Below are positions 48,084 to 58,722 of a stretch of 64,000 nt of DNA, in pieces. Position 1 is the first letter of the stretch; the number at the start of each line of letters is the position of its first letter. The stretch comes from Bacteriovoracaceae bacterium (GTDB taxonomy: Bacteria > Bdellovibrionota > Bacteriovoracia > Bacteriovoracales > Bacteriovoracaceae). The DNA lies in assembly GCA_018649885.1 (NCBI GenBank), contig JABIHA010000122.1:1-64000 (forward strand), in the 5' to 3' direction. The notes under the pieces are model-generated. The model saw only the letters and a program-made list of their open reading frames with translations, had not been told where the DNA came from and did not search any database. The position numbers were made by a program, and so were the translations under genes.

Positions 48084-49624
48084 TCAATTGTTCCAGGTGG
48101 CTTTGAAGTTATATCGTAAACAACTCTCGTGACACCCTTAACCTCATTGGTAATTCTTCTAGAAATTTTTGCAAGAAAATGAAATGGAAACTCAGTCCAT
48201 TCTGCCGTCATGCCATCGGTGCTATTTACGGCCCTCAGACAAATAACCTCTTCAAAGGCCCTCGCGTCCCCTTTGACTCCAACAGTTTTAACAGGAAGAA
48301 GCACAGTGAACGCCTGCCAACAATGCTCGTACTGACCTTCACTTAGAAGCTCTTCGTAAAATATTTGATCGGACTCTTGAACTTTTCTTATGCTCTCAGC
48401 ACTTAGTGCTCCCAGCACCCTTACTCCAATACCAGGTCCAGGAAATGGATGCCTATGAACCCATGAATGAGTTAAATTCATCGCCTCACCCAAAACTCGC
48501 ACTTCGTCTTTAAATAAAAACCTTAGAGGTTCTAAAAGACTAAGGTGCATTCTATCGGGCAGCCCACCCACATTGTGATGGGATTTAATAGTAGCTGATT
48601 TTCCACCCTTGATATGTGGGCTTATGCTTTCAATCACATCTGGGTAGAGAGTTCCTTGCAATAGATGTTTGAACTTTATGCCGTGAGAGCTTTCAAATTC
48701 GTGAACCTTCTTTTCAAAGATATCGATGAAAGTTTTACCAATCATTTTTCTCTTTTTTTCTGGATCAGATATACCCAGAAGATTTCCTAGGAATTCTTCT
48801 TTTGCGTCGACAATTTCGATATTTAAAGTTGTCATTTTTTTAAGGAGCTTAATATGAGAGAGATCTTGAGGCCTTAAAAGACCATTATCAATAAAAAAGC
48901 AATACAACTTATCACCCAAAACTTTCTCGGCCAAAGTCGCTGCAACTAGTGAGTCAACTCCACCTGAAAAAGCACACAAGACATAGTCATCACTGACGGT
49001 CCTTACAACTTCGATCGCCTCATCTAACATATGAGAGGCATCCCAGTCGCTCTCTAGTTTGGCAATACGATTTAAAAAATAGCTTAAATACTCAGCACCT
49101 CTTTTGGTATGATTCACTTCAGGGTGAAACTGTAATCCTAAAATAGGCAAACTTTCATGTTGTATGCCCGCAATTAATTCTGAATCTGATTTTAGTATGG
49201 TTTTAAAACCATTTGGCACGGCACTTACATGATCAGAGTGGCTCATCCATGCTCTAGTTGTCTTTGGAAGGTAGTCAAATAACAGTGTATCAATACACCT
49301 CACATCTGAATGCCCGTACTCACCGACTTTTCCTTTTTCTACTTGGCCACCAAAGTGCTGGGCCATAAGTTGCATTCCATAGCAAAGACCAAGAACGGGA
49401 AGATTTTCGTATTGAAAAAGAAAGTTGTAATCATTTTGATCATCGAAAATTGACTCGGGCCCACCAGAAAGTATTAAAGCTTCAGGTCTTTTACCCTCAT
49501 TTTTTAATTTCCTAGTTTCATCGAGGGTGAGAATATGTGCAGAATGGCCCAGCTCACGACATTTGCGTGTAATAAGTTGTGTATATTGAGAGCCAAAATC
49601 AACTATCCAGACTTGTACTTGCAT
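48074..49624 (-). CDS. guaA: GMP synthase (glutamine-hydrolysing)
   Basis: DFGSQYT, GLCYGMQ, FHPEV, SGGVDS, IKSHHNVGG, KPPGTIEWE. Confidence 0.97.
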   Translation of the reverse strand: MQVQVWIVDFGSQYTQLITRKCRELGHSAHILTLDETRKLKNEGKRPEALILSGGPESIFDDQNDYNFLFQYENLPVLGLCYGMQLMAQHFGGQVEKGKVGEYGHSDVRCIDTLLFDYLPKTTRAWMSHSDHVSAVPNGFKTILKSDSELIAGIQHESLPILGLQFHPEVNHTKRGAEYLSYFLNRIAKLESDWDASHMLDEAIEVVRTVSDDYVLCAFSGGVDSLVAATLAEKVLGDKLYCFFIDNGLLRPQDLSHIKLLKKMTTLNIEIVDAKEEFLGNLLGISDPEKKRKMIGKTFIDIFEKKVHEFESSHGIKFKHLLQGTLYPDVIESISPHIKGGKSATIKSHHNVGGLPDRMHLSLLEPLRFLFKDEVRVLGEAMNLTHSWVHRHPFPGPGIGVRVLGALSAESIRKVQESDQIFYEELLSEGQYEHCWQAFTVLLPVKTVGVKGDARAFEEVICLRAVNSTDGMTAEWTEFPFHFLAKISRRITNEVKGVTRVVYDITSKPPGTIEWE

Positions 49625-49637
49625 ATATCCTATAACC

Positions 49638-51101
49638 TTAGTGCACTTGGTAGTTTGGTGCTTCTTTTGTAATCATAATGTCATGAGGGTGCCCCTCTTT
49701 AAGTGAGGCAGCCGTAATTGTAATAAAATCTGCTTTTTGTTTGAGATCTTCTAAGTCACGGGCCCCAATATAACCCATTCCAGATCTGACTCCACCCACA
49801 AGTTGGAAGACATTACTTGAAAGAGATCCTCTATAAGGCACCTGACCTTCAATTCCTTCAGGTACAAGTTTTTTATTATCTTCAACGGAAGCCTGACCAT
49901 ATCTATCTTTGGATCCAAGACTCATGGCCCCAAGAGATCCCATTCCTCTATATACTTTATAAGATCTTCCTTGGTAGAGAACCATCTCACCCGGTGTTTC
50001 ATCTGCACCAGCAAATAAAGAGCCTATCATCACAGACGAGGCACCTGCTGCTAAGGCCTTAACGACATCACCCGAAAATTTGATACCGCCATCAGCGATA
50101 AACGGAACATCTGCTTCTTTACAGGCACTATAACAATCGACAACTGCACTAAACTGAGGAACTCCAATGCCTGCAACAACTCTGGTGGTACAAATTGATC
50201 CAGGACCAATGCCTACCTTGATGGAGTCAACACCTGCTTCAATAAGACCAAGACACGCTGATCCAGTAGCAATATTACCCGCTACAATATCTATAGTGGG
50301 AAAATCTTTTTTTAGTGTTCTCACCATTTCAAATACACCACGAGAGTGGCCATGGGCCGTATCAACAACGAGTGCATCAACCTGAGCTGCCGCTAAAATT
50401 CTCGCTCTTTCATACTCTTTATCTCCCACTCCGATGGCAGCCGCGACTCTTAGTCTTCCGAGACTATCTTTATTAGAGTTTGGATAGGCAATTGCTTTAT
50501 TAATATCTTTAATTGTAATCAGACCAATTAGATTATACTGGCCATCTACTACTGGAAGCTTTTCTACCTTATGTTTTTGCAGAATACTTTTTGCGGTTTC
50601 AAGTGTCGTTCCTTGAGGAGCCGTAATCAAGTTTTCCTTAGTCATTACATCGGCGACTTTTTGATTAAAATTAGTTTCAAACCGAAGGTCTCTATTGGTC
50701 AAAATTCCAATCAACTTTCTATTGTCATCAATTACTGGAAGGCCACCAATTTTATATCTTTTGGTCAGCTCAAGAACTCTTGTGAGCGGGTCGTCTGCCT
50801 TAATAGTGACAGGATCAACGATCATTCCCGATTCATATTTTTTGACCTTTTCCACTTCACCGGCCTGTTGATAGGCGGTCAAATTTTTGTGGATCACACC
50901 CAGCCCACCTTCTTGGGCCATAACGATGGCAGTTTTAGATTCTGTCACTGTGTCCATGGCCGCAGAGACAATCGGTATGCTCAAAGAGATATTTCTTGAA
51001 AATCTAGATGTTATTGAAACCTCGTGTGGCAACACTTCTGAGTAGCCAGGCTTTAAAAGAACATCGTCATATGTGAGATAAGGGGTGTGTAAGTCGCTCA
51101 T
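49638..51101 (-). CDS. guaB: IMP dehydrogenase
   Basis: [11 protein letters not shown] pair, [23 protein letters not shown]. Confidence 0.97.
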   Translation of the reverse strand: MSDLHTPYLTYDDVLLKPGYSEVLPHEVSITSRFSRNISLSIPIVSAAMDTVTESKTAIVMAQEGGLGVIHKNLTAYQQAGEVEKVKKYESGMIVDPVTIKADDPLTRVLELTKRYKIGGLPVIDDNRKLIGILTNRDLRFETNFNQKVADVMTKENLITAPQGTTLETAKSILQKHKVEKLPVVDGQYNLIGLITIKDINKAIAYPNSNKDSLGRLRVAAAIGVGDKEYERARILAAAQVDALVVDTAHGHSRGVFEMVRTLKKDFPTIDIVAGNIATGSACLGLIEAGVDSIKVGIGPGSICTTRVVAGIGVPQFSAVVDCYSACKEADVPFIADGGIKFSGDVVKALAAGASSVMIGSLFAGADETPGEMVLYQGRSYKVYRGMGSLGAMSLGSKDRYGQASVEDNKKLVPEGIEGQVPYRGSLSSNVFQLVGGVRSGMGYIGARDLEDLKQKADFITITAASLKEGHPHDIMITKEAPNYQVH

Positions 51102-51203
51102 AGAGGCATCTCCGGAATTTTTGCAGGATATTACACAATTATGAGGTGAATGAATAGTTTGGGCGCGAAAATAGCGCGACGCTTCAATTGGTTCGAGTAA
51201 AAA

Positions 51204-52181
51204 TTATTCGATATCAGCTGGGACAGGCTCAAATAGGTTGAAAACCAGGGCCCTAGTCTTGCAACTTTTGTCTTTATCTCGCTGTGCAGTTAGAGCGCAA
51301 AGGCTTTTCAAGAACTCGCTACTTAGCTCTTTCGCCTTTTCATAGGTTTCTTCATCCAAATCGAGAGTCATCCAAAAGCGGTAGCTATCTTCCCAATTGC
51401 TTTCACAGTCCTGGGTAATGCGCTCAAGAGATCTCTCGCTCAGATATTTAAAGGTATTTTTAATTCCCTCAATGTCATCTTTTAAGTAAAGCTGTTCATC
51501 TATCAGCTCAAAGTGTGAGCCATTAAACTCTATTGTTCCTTTTTCCTCAAAGAGCTTTAATGACATATTCACTTCTTCAATAGGAATTCCCAAGTCGGCA
51601 GAAATCTTTTCATTTGAGTGGGGGCCACCATGTTTGTAACTTCCAAGCCCAAGGTAAGCAAAAATTAGTGAGCTCGCGGGAATCGCCTTCATAACAGATG
51701 AAGCAGCACTAAGTTTTAACAGCTCCTGTTCTATCAGAGGATCAGAGCCTCGTAAATTGAGGCCTTGCAAAAAATTCCACATTCTGCTGGGGTAATAAAG
51801 ATTCATCATTAAAAAAATTTCTGAAAGTAAGACTTCTTCTCCATTTTTTCTCCTAATGATTTTAGTCCTGGAAAGTCCTGTCTCTCTGGCCAAAACCGAG
51901 GGAGATTTGCCTCCAGAAAAATGATTAAAAATATCAGCTGGTTTTTTTGAATCCGCGGAAAATTGAAAGCAGTACAAAAGAGTCCTGCCAAGCTCAATAT
52001 TTAAAACCGTACAAAGTTCTACAAAATCTAGCCAATGAATTCGATTTTTTCCGGCTTCCCACTTGTGAACAATATTAAATTCTTTTCCAAGCTTCTCATT
52101 AATTTGTCCCTGAGAGAGATCCCCTCGCATAATTTTAATAAGCTTTCTTGAAAACTCTTTATAATCTATGGATATACTCAT
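51204..52181 (-). CDS. XRE-type HTH regulator with DUF4423-like C-terminal domain
   Basis: N-terminal HTH (LSQGQINEKLG..VHKWEAGK), winged helix ISADLGIPIEEV..L, C-terminal YEKAKELSSEF..LVFNLF. Confidence 0.7.
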   Translation of the reverse strand: MSISIDYKEFSRKLIKIMRGDLSQGQINEKLGKEFNIVHKWEAGKNRIHWLDFVELCTVLNIELGRTLLYCFQFSADSKKPADIFNHFSGGKSPSVLARETGLSRTKIIRRKNGEEVLLSEIFLMMNLYYPSRMWNFLQGLNLRGSDPLIEQELLKLSAASSVMKAIPASSLIFAYLGLGSYKHGGPHSNEKISADLGIPIEEVNMSLKLFEEKGTIEFNGSHFELIDEQLYLKDDIEGIKNTFKYLSERSLERITQDCESNWEDSYRFWMTLDLDEETYEKAKELSSEFLKSLCALTAQRDKDKSCKTRALVFNLFEPVPADIE

Positions 52182-52337
52182 AAGTCTCCCTATTATTCAC
52201 AATTAGTTGAGTCGGTCTGTTGCCCATATCTAATGCATAACTTGTTCCAAGTTTACCCCTAATTTCAGCCTGCTACTCAATTGTTTTGGCATTTTTTGAA
52301 CAAACCTGCTCAAAGTAGGAGATAAAGTCGCAAACCG

Positions 52338-52358
52338 AGTGTCTAAACTTTTGACACT
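52338..52358. promoter_or_regulatory. Dyad operator candidate AGTGTC-N9-GACACT
   Basis: Perfect 6-bp arms in the divergent intergenic region between the regulator and the lipoprotein. Confidence 0.45.
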
Positions 52359-52496
52359 TTTTTATAAAATATTGGCGTTTTCCCACCTCTGAAACAGCTA
52401 TTTTCTAAAATAATTTCAAATTTTCTCTTCGATTTTTTACAGATGATAATAAATATCTAATTTCAAGATCACTCAAACGACCTGCGGAGGTTCAAA

Positions 52497-53189
52497 ATGA
52501 AGATTCATCATCTTTCTATGCTTTTATCAGTCATTTTTCTTATGGTTTCATGCGAAACTACAACACTTCTCCCTTGGGAAGAAACGATTGACACTCTTCC
52601 TGCAGATGAATGTCGAATCACCACAAGTGATTTGGGCTCATCTAATGAAGCCAGCCAAGCTGTCGAAGATATGATCTCTGGGATTACATCTGCTTACAGT
52701 GAGATGATTTACACAGTCACCAACTCAAATACATTCCAGTATAATAATGATTACAACCAATACGCCGATGATGATCGCTGGGGTGCCCATGTGGATTACG
52801 ACTGTGATGGAGCTGAGATATTTGTCTACATTTCAAAGCCCTATCCCATTGCTCAGGCAACCCAAGCAGAGCAAGATGTCACAAATCAGTTAGAAGAAAG
52901 TGGCTACCAAGTGTTAGCACTTGATTCTGATCTTATAACCACATCAGAAGGTGATTACATGGTATTTTCTCTTTACTATACCTATTCAGGAACAGACTAC
53001 GATGATGAGATTGCTTATATGACTGGAGCTGGAACAGGAACGAAATCAAAGCAAATGATTAGTAACCTACGTGCTATTCCAAGTGCTCTGGTACCTGCTG
53101 AATATACAAGGTTTGTAAAAGCTGCAAGTGGAATTCAATCATCAGTAAGATCAATTGTTGGTAAAAGTCTTCAATCAGTTGCAAAATAA
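52497..53189 (+). CDS. Acidic hypothetical lipoprotein
   Basis: GGAGG SD; lipobox FLMVS-C. Confidence 0.8.
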   Translation: MKIHHLSMLLSVIFLMVSCETTTLLPWEETIDTLPADECRITTSDLGSSNEASQAVEDMISGITSAYSEMIYTVTNSNTFQYNNDYNQYADDDRWGAHVDYDCDGAEIFVYISKPYPIAQATQAEQDVTNQLEESGYQVLALDSDLITTSEGDYMVFSLYYTYSGTDYDDEIAYMTGAGTGTKSKQMISNLRAIPSALVPAEYTRFVKAASGIQSSVRSIVGKSLQSVAK

Positions 53190-53196
53190 CTTCTTA

Positions 53197-53224
53197 CAGG
53201 TGCCCTAGGTGGGCACCTGATTTT
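53197..53224. terminator. Intrinsic terminator between convergent genes
   Basis: caggtgccc-taggt-gggcacctg followed by a T tract. Confidence 0.75.
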
Positions 53225-56014
53225 CTACTCAGGAACAGCTGGTAAGAATATTTCTAAATTTTCCATAGGTATTCTTTGGGCACTCTTATCTCCACTACCA
53301 AGGTCCCCTGGCTTAAACCAAGAGTCAGGACAGTCACGACAGCGAACAAATAAAAAGTTTCTTGCATGGCCCACTCGAGCTCTAGTACCTGCTGAGGTAA
53401 AATCTCTTCCAGCTTCTAAAAACTCATGTGTCATTATAGAGTCAATTTCTCCAGGGCCTAGGGCCCTAATTCTTCCTTCAGGTATTTGATCACCAATGTC
53501 TAGGTAGTACTTCTCAAGTGCAACTAGGTCGAATTCTCTATCGCTTGCTCCCTTTTGCAAATCTTTTAACCTAGTTCTTACTCTATCAAGAAAGGCTTTC
53601 TTTCGAACGGGATCTGAACCAAACATACTCGAGACTTGCTCCATAGAGTAAACATTTGCTCTCCCCACGGAAGTTGGCGGGCCTCCTGCTAATCCAGACC
53701 TCACCAAAACCTCAGCATCATCTCTCGTAAAATTGCCTTCCTTTCTGAGAATTCGAACCTTTTCTTTTATTTCGGCCTCAGTATATTCATAGACCCCTCT
53801 CTCTCCTTCACCAACTGCGTGAGCTCGAAGAAGGGCTTCACTTTGAACATCTGTCAGACTATCTTTTCCTAGGACACTCGCTGCTGTAGAGACACGTGCA
53901 GAGTCATCTAACTGTGAGTGAGTAAGAACAATTTCTGTTGAAAATTCACTGCGGGCTGCCGTACTTCCACTACCCCCACCCTCACTAAGGGCTCCCCTCG
54001 CACTTTGCCGAAGAGCTGAACTTTCTGCAGCGGCAAGTGCCTCTCCATCATCTGAAAGTAGACGAACTAGAGTTTCAAAACTTCCCATCATCTCTTTCAT
54101 TTCAGCTGGTGATAGGCCTAGCTTTTCTGCCAATTTTGGAATCATATCACTTTTCACATGGGCCAATTTTTCGGGATCAATCATTTTCTTCAAAGCCTCG
54201 ATGGCCTTGGGGCCAAAGATATTATCCTTAATAAACCTAGCTGCTGCGGCTTCACCATCGACTAACATTATTTTGTAGGCCTGCTTAACGACATCGTCAC
54301 TAATCAAGCGACTGGCATAAGCACCGCCTCCAGCAAGAGCGACATTGAGAACAATTGATATGGCAGAGCCAAAGATCGCAGCTCCTTTTTCTACAACCAT
54401 TTCATCACCTAATTTAGAAACATAGTCACTTCCTACAAGAAACTCCATATCCTTTGCTGTTTTAAATTGTTCATTCTTTTCAAAGTAGTGAGACCAGATA
54501 ATAGCAAGGTCTGCACTGGCACCGGCTCCAGCACTGATGGCCCATCCTGAACCAAAAGATAGGGCAGCAAAGGAAACTGCAAGTCCAGAGACAACACTAC
54601 CAAGAACTAGCTCTTTTCCTGTTTTTCCCATTTGATCAATGTTGTTCACCTTATCGAGGATAATGCACATCTTTGCCATTTCAGCGACACTACTAAGTCC
54701 AAGGGCATTCATATTTTCCATATGAGACTTGATAACTGGAGATGATAAGTAGGGCACAAAGGTCGAAAATTGAGAGGGATTCAAATCGCAAATTTCTTTA
54801 AAGTGACCAAGATAATTTTTCTCAGGATTTCTCTCACCTTCAAACTCTTCGTTTTTTTGGTAAATCAAGCGGTCAAAGAAACCAATGTCTCGACATGACA
54901 TATTTTGGTCAAAAACAGTTTGCCTCTCATCAGGTGTTAAGTGGTACCACATCTGCCTTAAAAGACTTTTCTTGAGTGCTAAAAAAGTATCGCGCCTTTC
55001 TCTGGAGGCGAGACAATCTAGACTACCATCAACTTGAGGGGCCCTCTCTCCTAGCACTTTTCTCAGTGGCCAATTTACACTTTCCAGAACATTTGAGGCG
55101 ACTGACCTAAGTAAGACTCCCCCCTTGGCCTGTCCTGAAAGAGTGCAACCTAGTTCAGAAATTTGAGAAGCAATGGTATCTTTTGCACAAATAGTTCTAA
55201 AATCAATCGCCGATTGAGTCGCCTCACGGGGAGGTAGTGTTTAAGATATCCCTGTTGAAAGTTGATCAACCTCTACTAAATCAACAATTGGATCAACACA
55301 AGGATCAACTGCAGGAGGTTCAACATCTGAATCAAAGCTCACAGTGGTTGTAGAAGGAAACAATAACTCAGTAGCATCATTTCGATAAACCCTCTCACCC
55401 TCTTCCATCAACTTTGAGAAAATACCGTGAATAATTCTGTCATTATTTCCAAGAGCGCAGTACTGGTTTCCACTATCACAAGGCGAGTATTCATAATAAC
55501 TATGACCATTGTATTTTTTGGTTGAAAGGTTTGAAGATGTTCTATCTCGAAAGCCCCTTCCCTGCTCATCCACATACTTGGACTTTAATCTTGATGAAAG
55601 CTTTGTAATATCCACAAGTAATTTATAGGCATCATCGTGGACAGCTTTTAACCTAGAATCATCAGGCCCTAAAAATGCACACCTCGGAGAGCCAGACTCA
55701 CACTTTTGTTGTTGGTCACGATAGTAGTCATCCATCTCTTTTCGCGCCATATGTGCAACAATGACTCGACAAGTTTCTGGGACAACGTGATAGATTGTTT
55801 TCTTTTTTACTAATTCATCCACATCACCTAAATTCCAACGCAGATTTCCTTTTGGATCGACTCCCATGAATGAACTTCGAAATTTTCCAGGGTTTTGACA
55901 AGGCTTCATCACTTCTTTTTCAGGCTCATCGAAGAGACCAAATAAACTAAAACAATGAGCGCTACTGCTCATTGTGCAAAATATATAAATAAGGACCTTA
56001 AGGTAAGCTCTCAC
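53225..56014 (-). pseudogene. Large secreted protein (930 codons) interrupted by a single in-frame TAA at 55241-55243
   Basis: Track ORFs 55241-56014 and 53225-55057 share a frame; the 61 codons between them (TLPPREATQS..NWPLRK) are open. Confidence 0.75.
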
Positions 56015-56191
56015 CTTCGATTTATCGGGGGTTTAGCATATTGCAATTACAGGTATTATATTTGGAGAATATTTTTCCCAAAAAGATAGTAACACTTCTT
56101 ACTCGGCCATTATGCCGGCCAAAAATGAGATTGAATTTTAACGACTTAGCTTTCTAAATTGCACAAGACAGAAGAGATATGTGAGACCTCG

Positions 56192-58180
56192 CTACTGGTA
56201 AAGTCCCCTAGAATAGAGCTCCCAGGCAGCAAATGGAAAGTTAATAGAGCTCTCGACTCTCTTATTACTCGAATCCTCATTTTTCGTCAGCCTGAATTTC
56301 TGTACTTTAAAAGTAAACTTCTCGCCTTCAGGACGAAGTACCATTAGATCCTCTCCTTCGAGATACCCAAAATGTCCATGGTATTGAGTGATCGCCCTTC
56401 CAGGGTAATCAGCCGGAAGAGAGAAAATATTAAAGCCAGGCATTGGAGTCTTGAGATCTTTCCCTAGAAAAGAAAGTAATGTTACTGGCAAATCTATTAA
56501 GCTAACGATCTTTTTCTCATCCGCTACAGGTACATCTGGGCCTAGCAAAAATCCAGGAATATGAAATTTATGAAGAGGGATAAATTGATCCCCATAAACT
56601 CTGGTATTATGGTCCGCAACTGCCAGAACATAAGAGTGGGAAAAGAAGTCTTTCTCTTCAAGCTCACCAAGGAAGTAACCAAGAGAGTAATCCGAATATT
56701 TCACAGCATTATGATGGCCTTCCTTAGGAAACTTTTTATTAAGTTCAAAATCACTATCAATAGGGTAATCAAATGGGCTGTGATTAGAAGATGTTAAAAA
56801 TACTGCAAGATAAGGCCCTTTTACATCTTTAAGATGATCTAATCCAAATTTAAAAAGATCCTTATCATGCACTCCCCACGACCCTTCTTCATATTTTTTT
56901 CCAATTGTATGACTATCTAAGACTTCATCAAAACCATTACCCAGAAAAAAGGATTTCATTTCATCAAAGTTTGAATCCCCTCCACAAAAGAAAATACTTT
57001 TGTAGCCATGGGGAGCAAGTGCTTTGGCGATGGTAAAGAAGTTTTTACGTGCCTTTCCAAGTTTAACAACTGAACGTCCAGGAGTAGGTGGAAAACCAGC
57101 AACAACGGCCTCTATCCCTCTTACTGTCCTAGTTCCTGTTGCATATAATTTACTAAAGCTAAGTCCCTTTTTTGCATAATGATCAATATTGGGAGTTAAA
57201 TCAGTACCTCCCAAATATCCTGTAAACTCAGCCCCTAAACTCTCTTCGAGAACAATTACAAAATTTGGCTTGGCTGAGCGTTCCTTTACCTTAAAGTTAT
57301 GGCGAAAAGAATTTCCATCAATTGTTTTACCGTCGACTAGTGATAGATTTTTCATCTCAGACAGTGGATCACTTGAAGCAGTACCATTTCCATAGACCTT
57401 GTATGGATTTCCCTCATGTTTCATTCTATAGCCTGCATAGATTAGAGAGTATGTTGAGTTAAGAACAACTTCATTAATAATAGGATTGGTACTAAAAGAA
57501 ACAGAACTGATATTAGCAGGCCGATGCCCCAAGCTTGACCTTCCTCCGAGAAAACAAGTCGCCAAAATAAGAGGAATCATCAATATTTTTAACCACCAAG
57601 TAGTTTTCTTCGATTCTCTAATTAAGTACACAAAACTATTTTTAAAAAGAATCGTCAGGATAGTTGAAGCTACAATGATGAAGATAAATTCAAATAGAAA
57701 ACCTTTGACCATCATATTCCATACTTCTTTGGGGTACAATAAATATTCTAAGGCCTTTTGGTCAGGACGGTTTCCATACTCCCTCATAAAACCAAAAGTT
57801 AAAAGTTCTAGAAAGAAAATTAAAAAGGTTAATGGAAGGGCGGATAGACCTATTAATTTAGATCCAATTTTTTTCTTTAAGAAATGAGGGATAGCAAACA
57901 AAATGAGAGGCAGTGGAAGAACGAAATAAGACAGTGTCATAACGTCTAATCTAATGCCATTTGCAAACACAAGAAAAAAAGCTTTGGCCCCATCCAACTC
58001 ACCAAACTGAACTAGTAAATGAAAGAATCTGAAAATCGCCCAAGTTAGTGCCAAAAATATTCCTGTAAAGGCAAGTGGAGCAAGCTCTTTCAAACACAGA
58101 AATTTGTTTAAATATTTTGGCCGGATGCTAAGAGCTCCAAGAGCATCCATAGAGGTTAAAAATTTTTCTTTATATTTCAT
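56192..58180 (-). CDS. LTA synthase-family membrane sulfatase/phosphoglycerol transferase
   Basis: N-terminal TM helices; VLEES, TGTRTVRG (catalytic Thr), TSSNHSPF, VADH. Confidence 0.9.
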   Translation of the reverse strand: MKYKEKFLTSMDALGALSIRPKYLNKFLCLKELAPLAFTGIFLALTWAIFRFFHLLVQFGELDGAKAFFLVFANGIRLDVMTLSYFVLPLPLILFAIPHFLKKKIGSKLIGLSALPLTFLIFFLELLTFGFMREYGNRPDQKALEYLLYPKEVWNMMVKGFLFEFIFIIVASTILTILFKNSFVYLIRESKKTTWWLKILMIPLILATCFLGGRSSLGHRPANISSVSFSTNPIINEVVLNSTYSLIYAGYRMKHEGNPYKVYGNGTASSDPLSEMKNLSLVDGKTIDGNSFRHNFKVKERSAKPNFVIVLEESLGAEFTGYLGGTDLTPNIDHYAKKGLSFSKLYATGTRTVRGIEAVVAGFPPTPGRSVVKLGKARKNFFTIAKALAPHGYKSIFFCGGDSNFDEMKSFFLGNGFDEVLDSHTIGKKYEEGSWGVHDKDLFKFGLDHLKDVKGPYLAVFLTSSNHSPFDYPIDSDFELNKKFPKEGHHNAVKYSDYSLGYFLGELEEKDFFSHSYVLAVADHNTRVYGDQFIPLHKFHIPGFLLGPDVPVADEKKIVSLIDLPVTLLSFLGKDLKTPMPGFNIFSLPADYPGRAITQYHGHFGYLEGEDLMVLRPEGEKFTFKVQKFRLTKNEDSSNKRVESSINFPFAAWELYSRGLYQ

Positions 58181-58398
58181 CTTCTACCTAAAGATTATTT
58201 CAAATCCCTTAATTCTATTTATCTCGTGATATTTATTGCTCTTAATGTAAGAGGTGAAGCCTCTTAGTTGCGGCGAATGGTAGCAAATATACTAACCAAG
58301 GTGTGTGAGTCATGACAAATATCATTGATATGATACAGGGGTCTTTTGGAATAGTCTAAATATGTATTAAGGGGAATAAGGGTCATGCACACGGGTAC

Positions 58399-58429
58399 AA
58401 AAAAGGGGTTTCATTACGAAACCCCTTAT
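58399..58429 (-). terminator. Terminator of tRNA-Arg
   Basis: aaggggtttc-attac-gaaacccctt with a T tract on the minus strand. Confidence 0.8.
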
Positions 58430-58437
58430 CTATTATC

Positions 58438-58514
58438 TGGCACGGGTGGAGAGATTCGAACTCCCGACCAATTGGTTCGAAGCCAACTACTCTATCCAGC
58501 TGAGCTACACCCGC
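58438..58514 (-). tRNA. tRNA-Arg(UCG)
   Basis: gcgggtgtagctcagctggatagagtagttggctTCGaaccaattggtcgggagttcgaatctctccacccgtgcca. Confidence 0.95.
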
Positions 58515-58558
58515 ATTTTCTAAGCTATCTTTTGTTTCATATTGCGCATCATTTGCCT

Positions 58559-58607
58559 GACCAATTGGCTCGAGGCCAACGACTCTATCCAGCTGAGCTA
58601 ATTCTGC
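58559..58607 (-). pseudogene. Degenerate 5' copy of tRNA-Arg(UCG): D-arm and anticodon arm, no T-arm
   Basis: gcagaattagctcagctggatagagtcgttggcctcgagccaattggtc; 39/42 identical to the intact gene from T8 to the variable loop. Confidence 0.85.
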
Positions 58608-58722
58608 GCTATGGTGAAGCAAATATTAACAATTAACAAGGGATGTGGCCATGGCCAAAAATCTGACAAATGGAAATCCTTTCTCTAAAATAATGTTCTA
58701 AAAACAAATAACTGGAAAACAA

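Noticed and set aside
58383..58636. Track ORFs over the tRNA-Arg locus
   Set aside because: Artefactual translations of the tRNA and its duplicate
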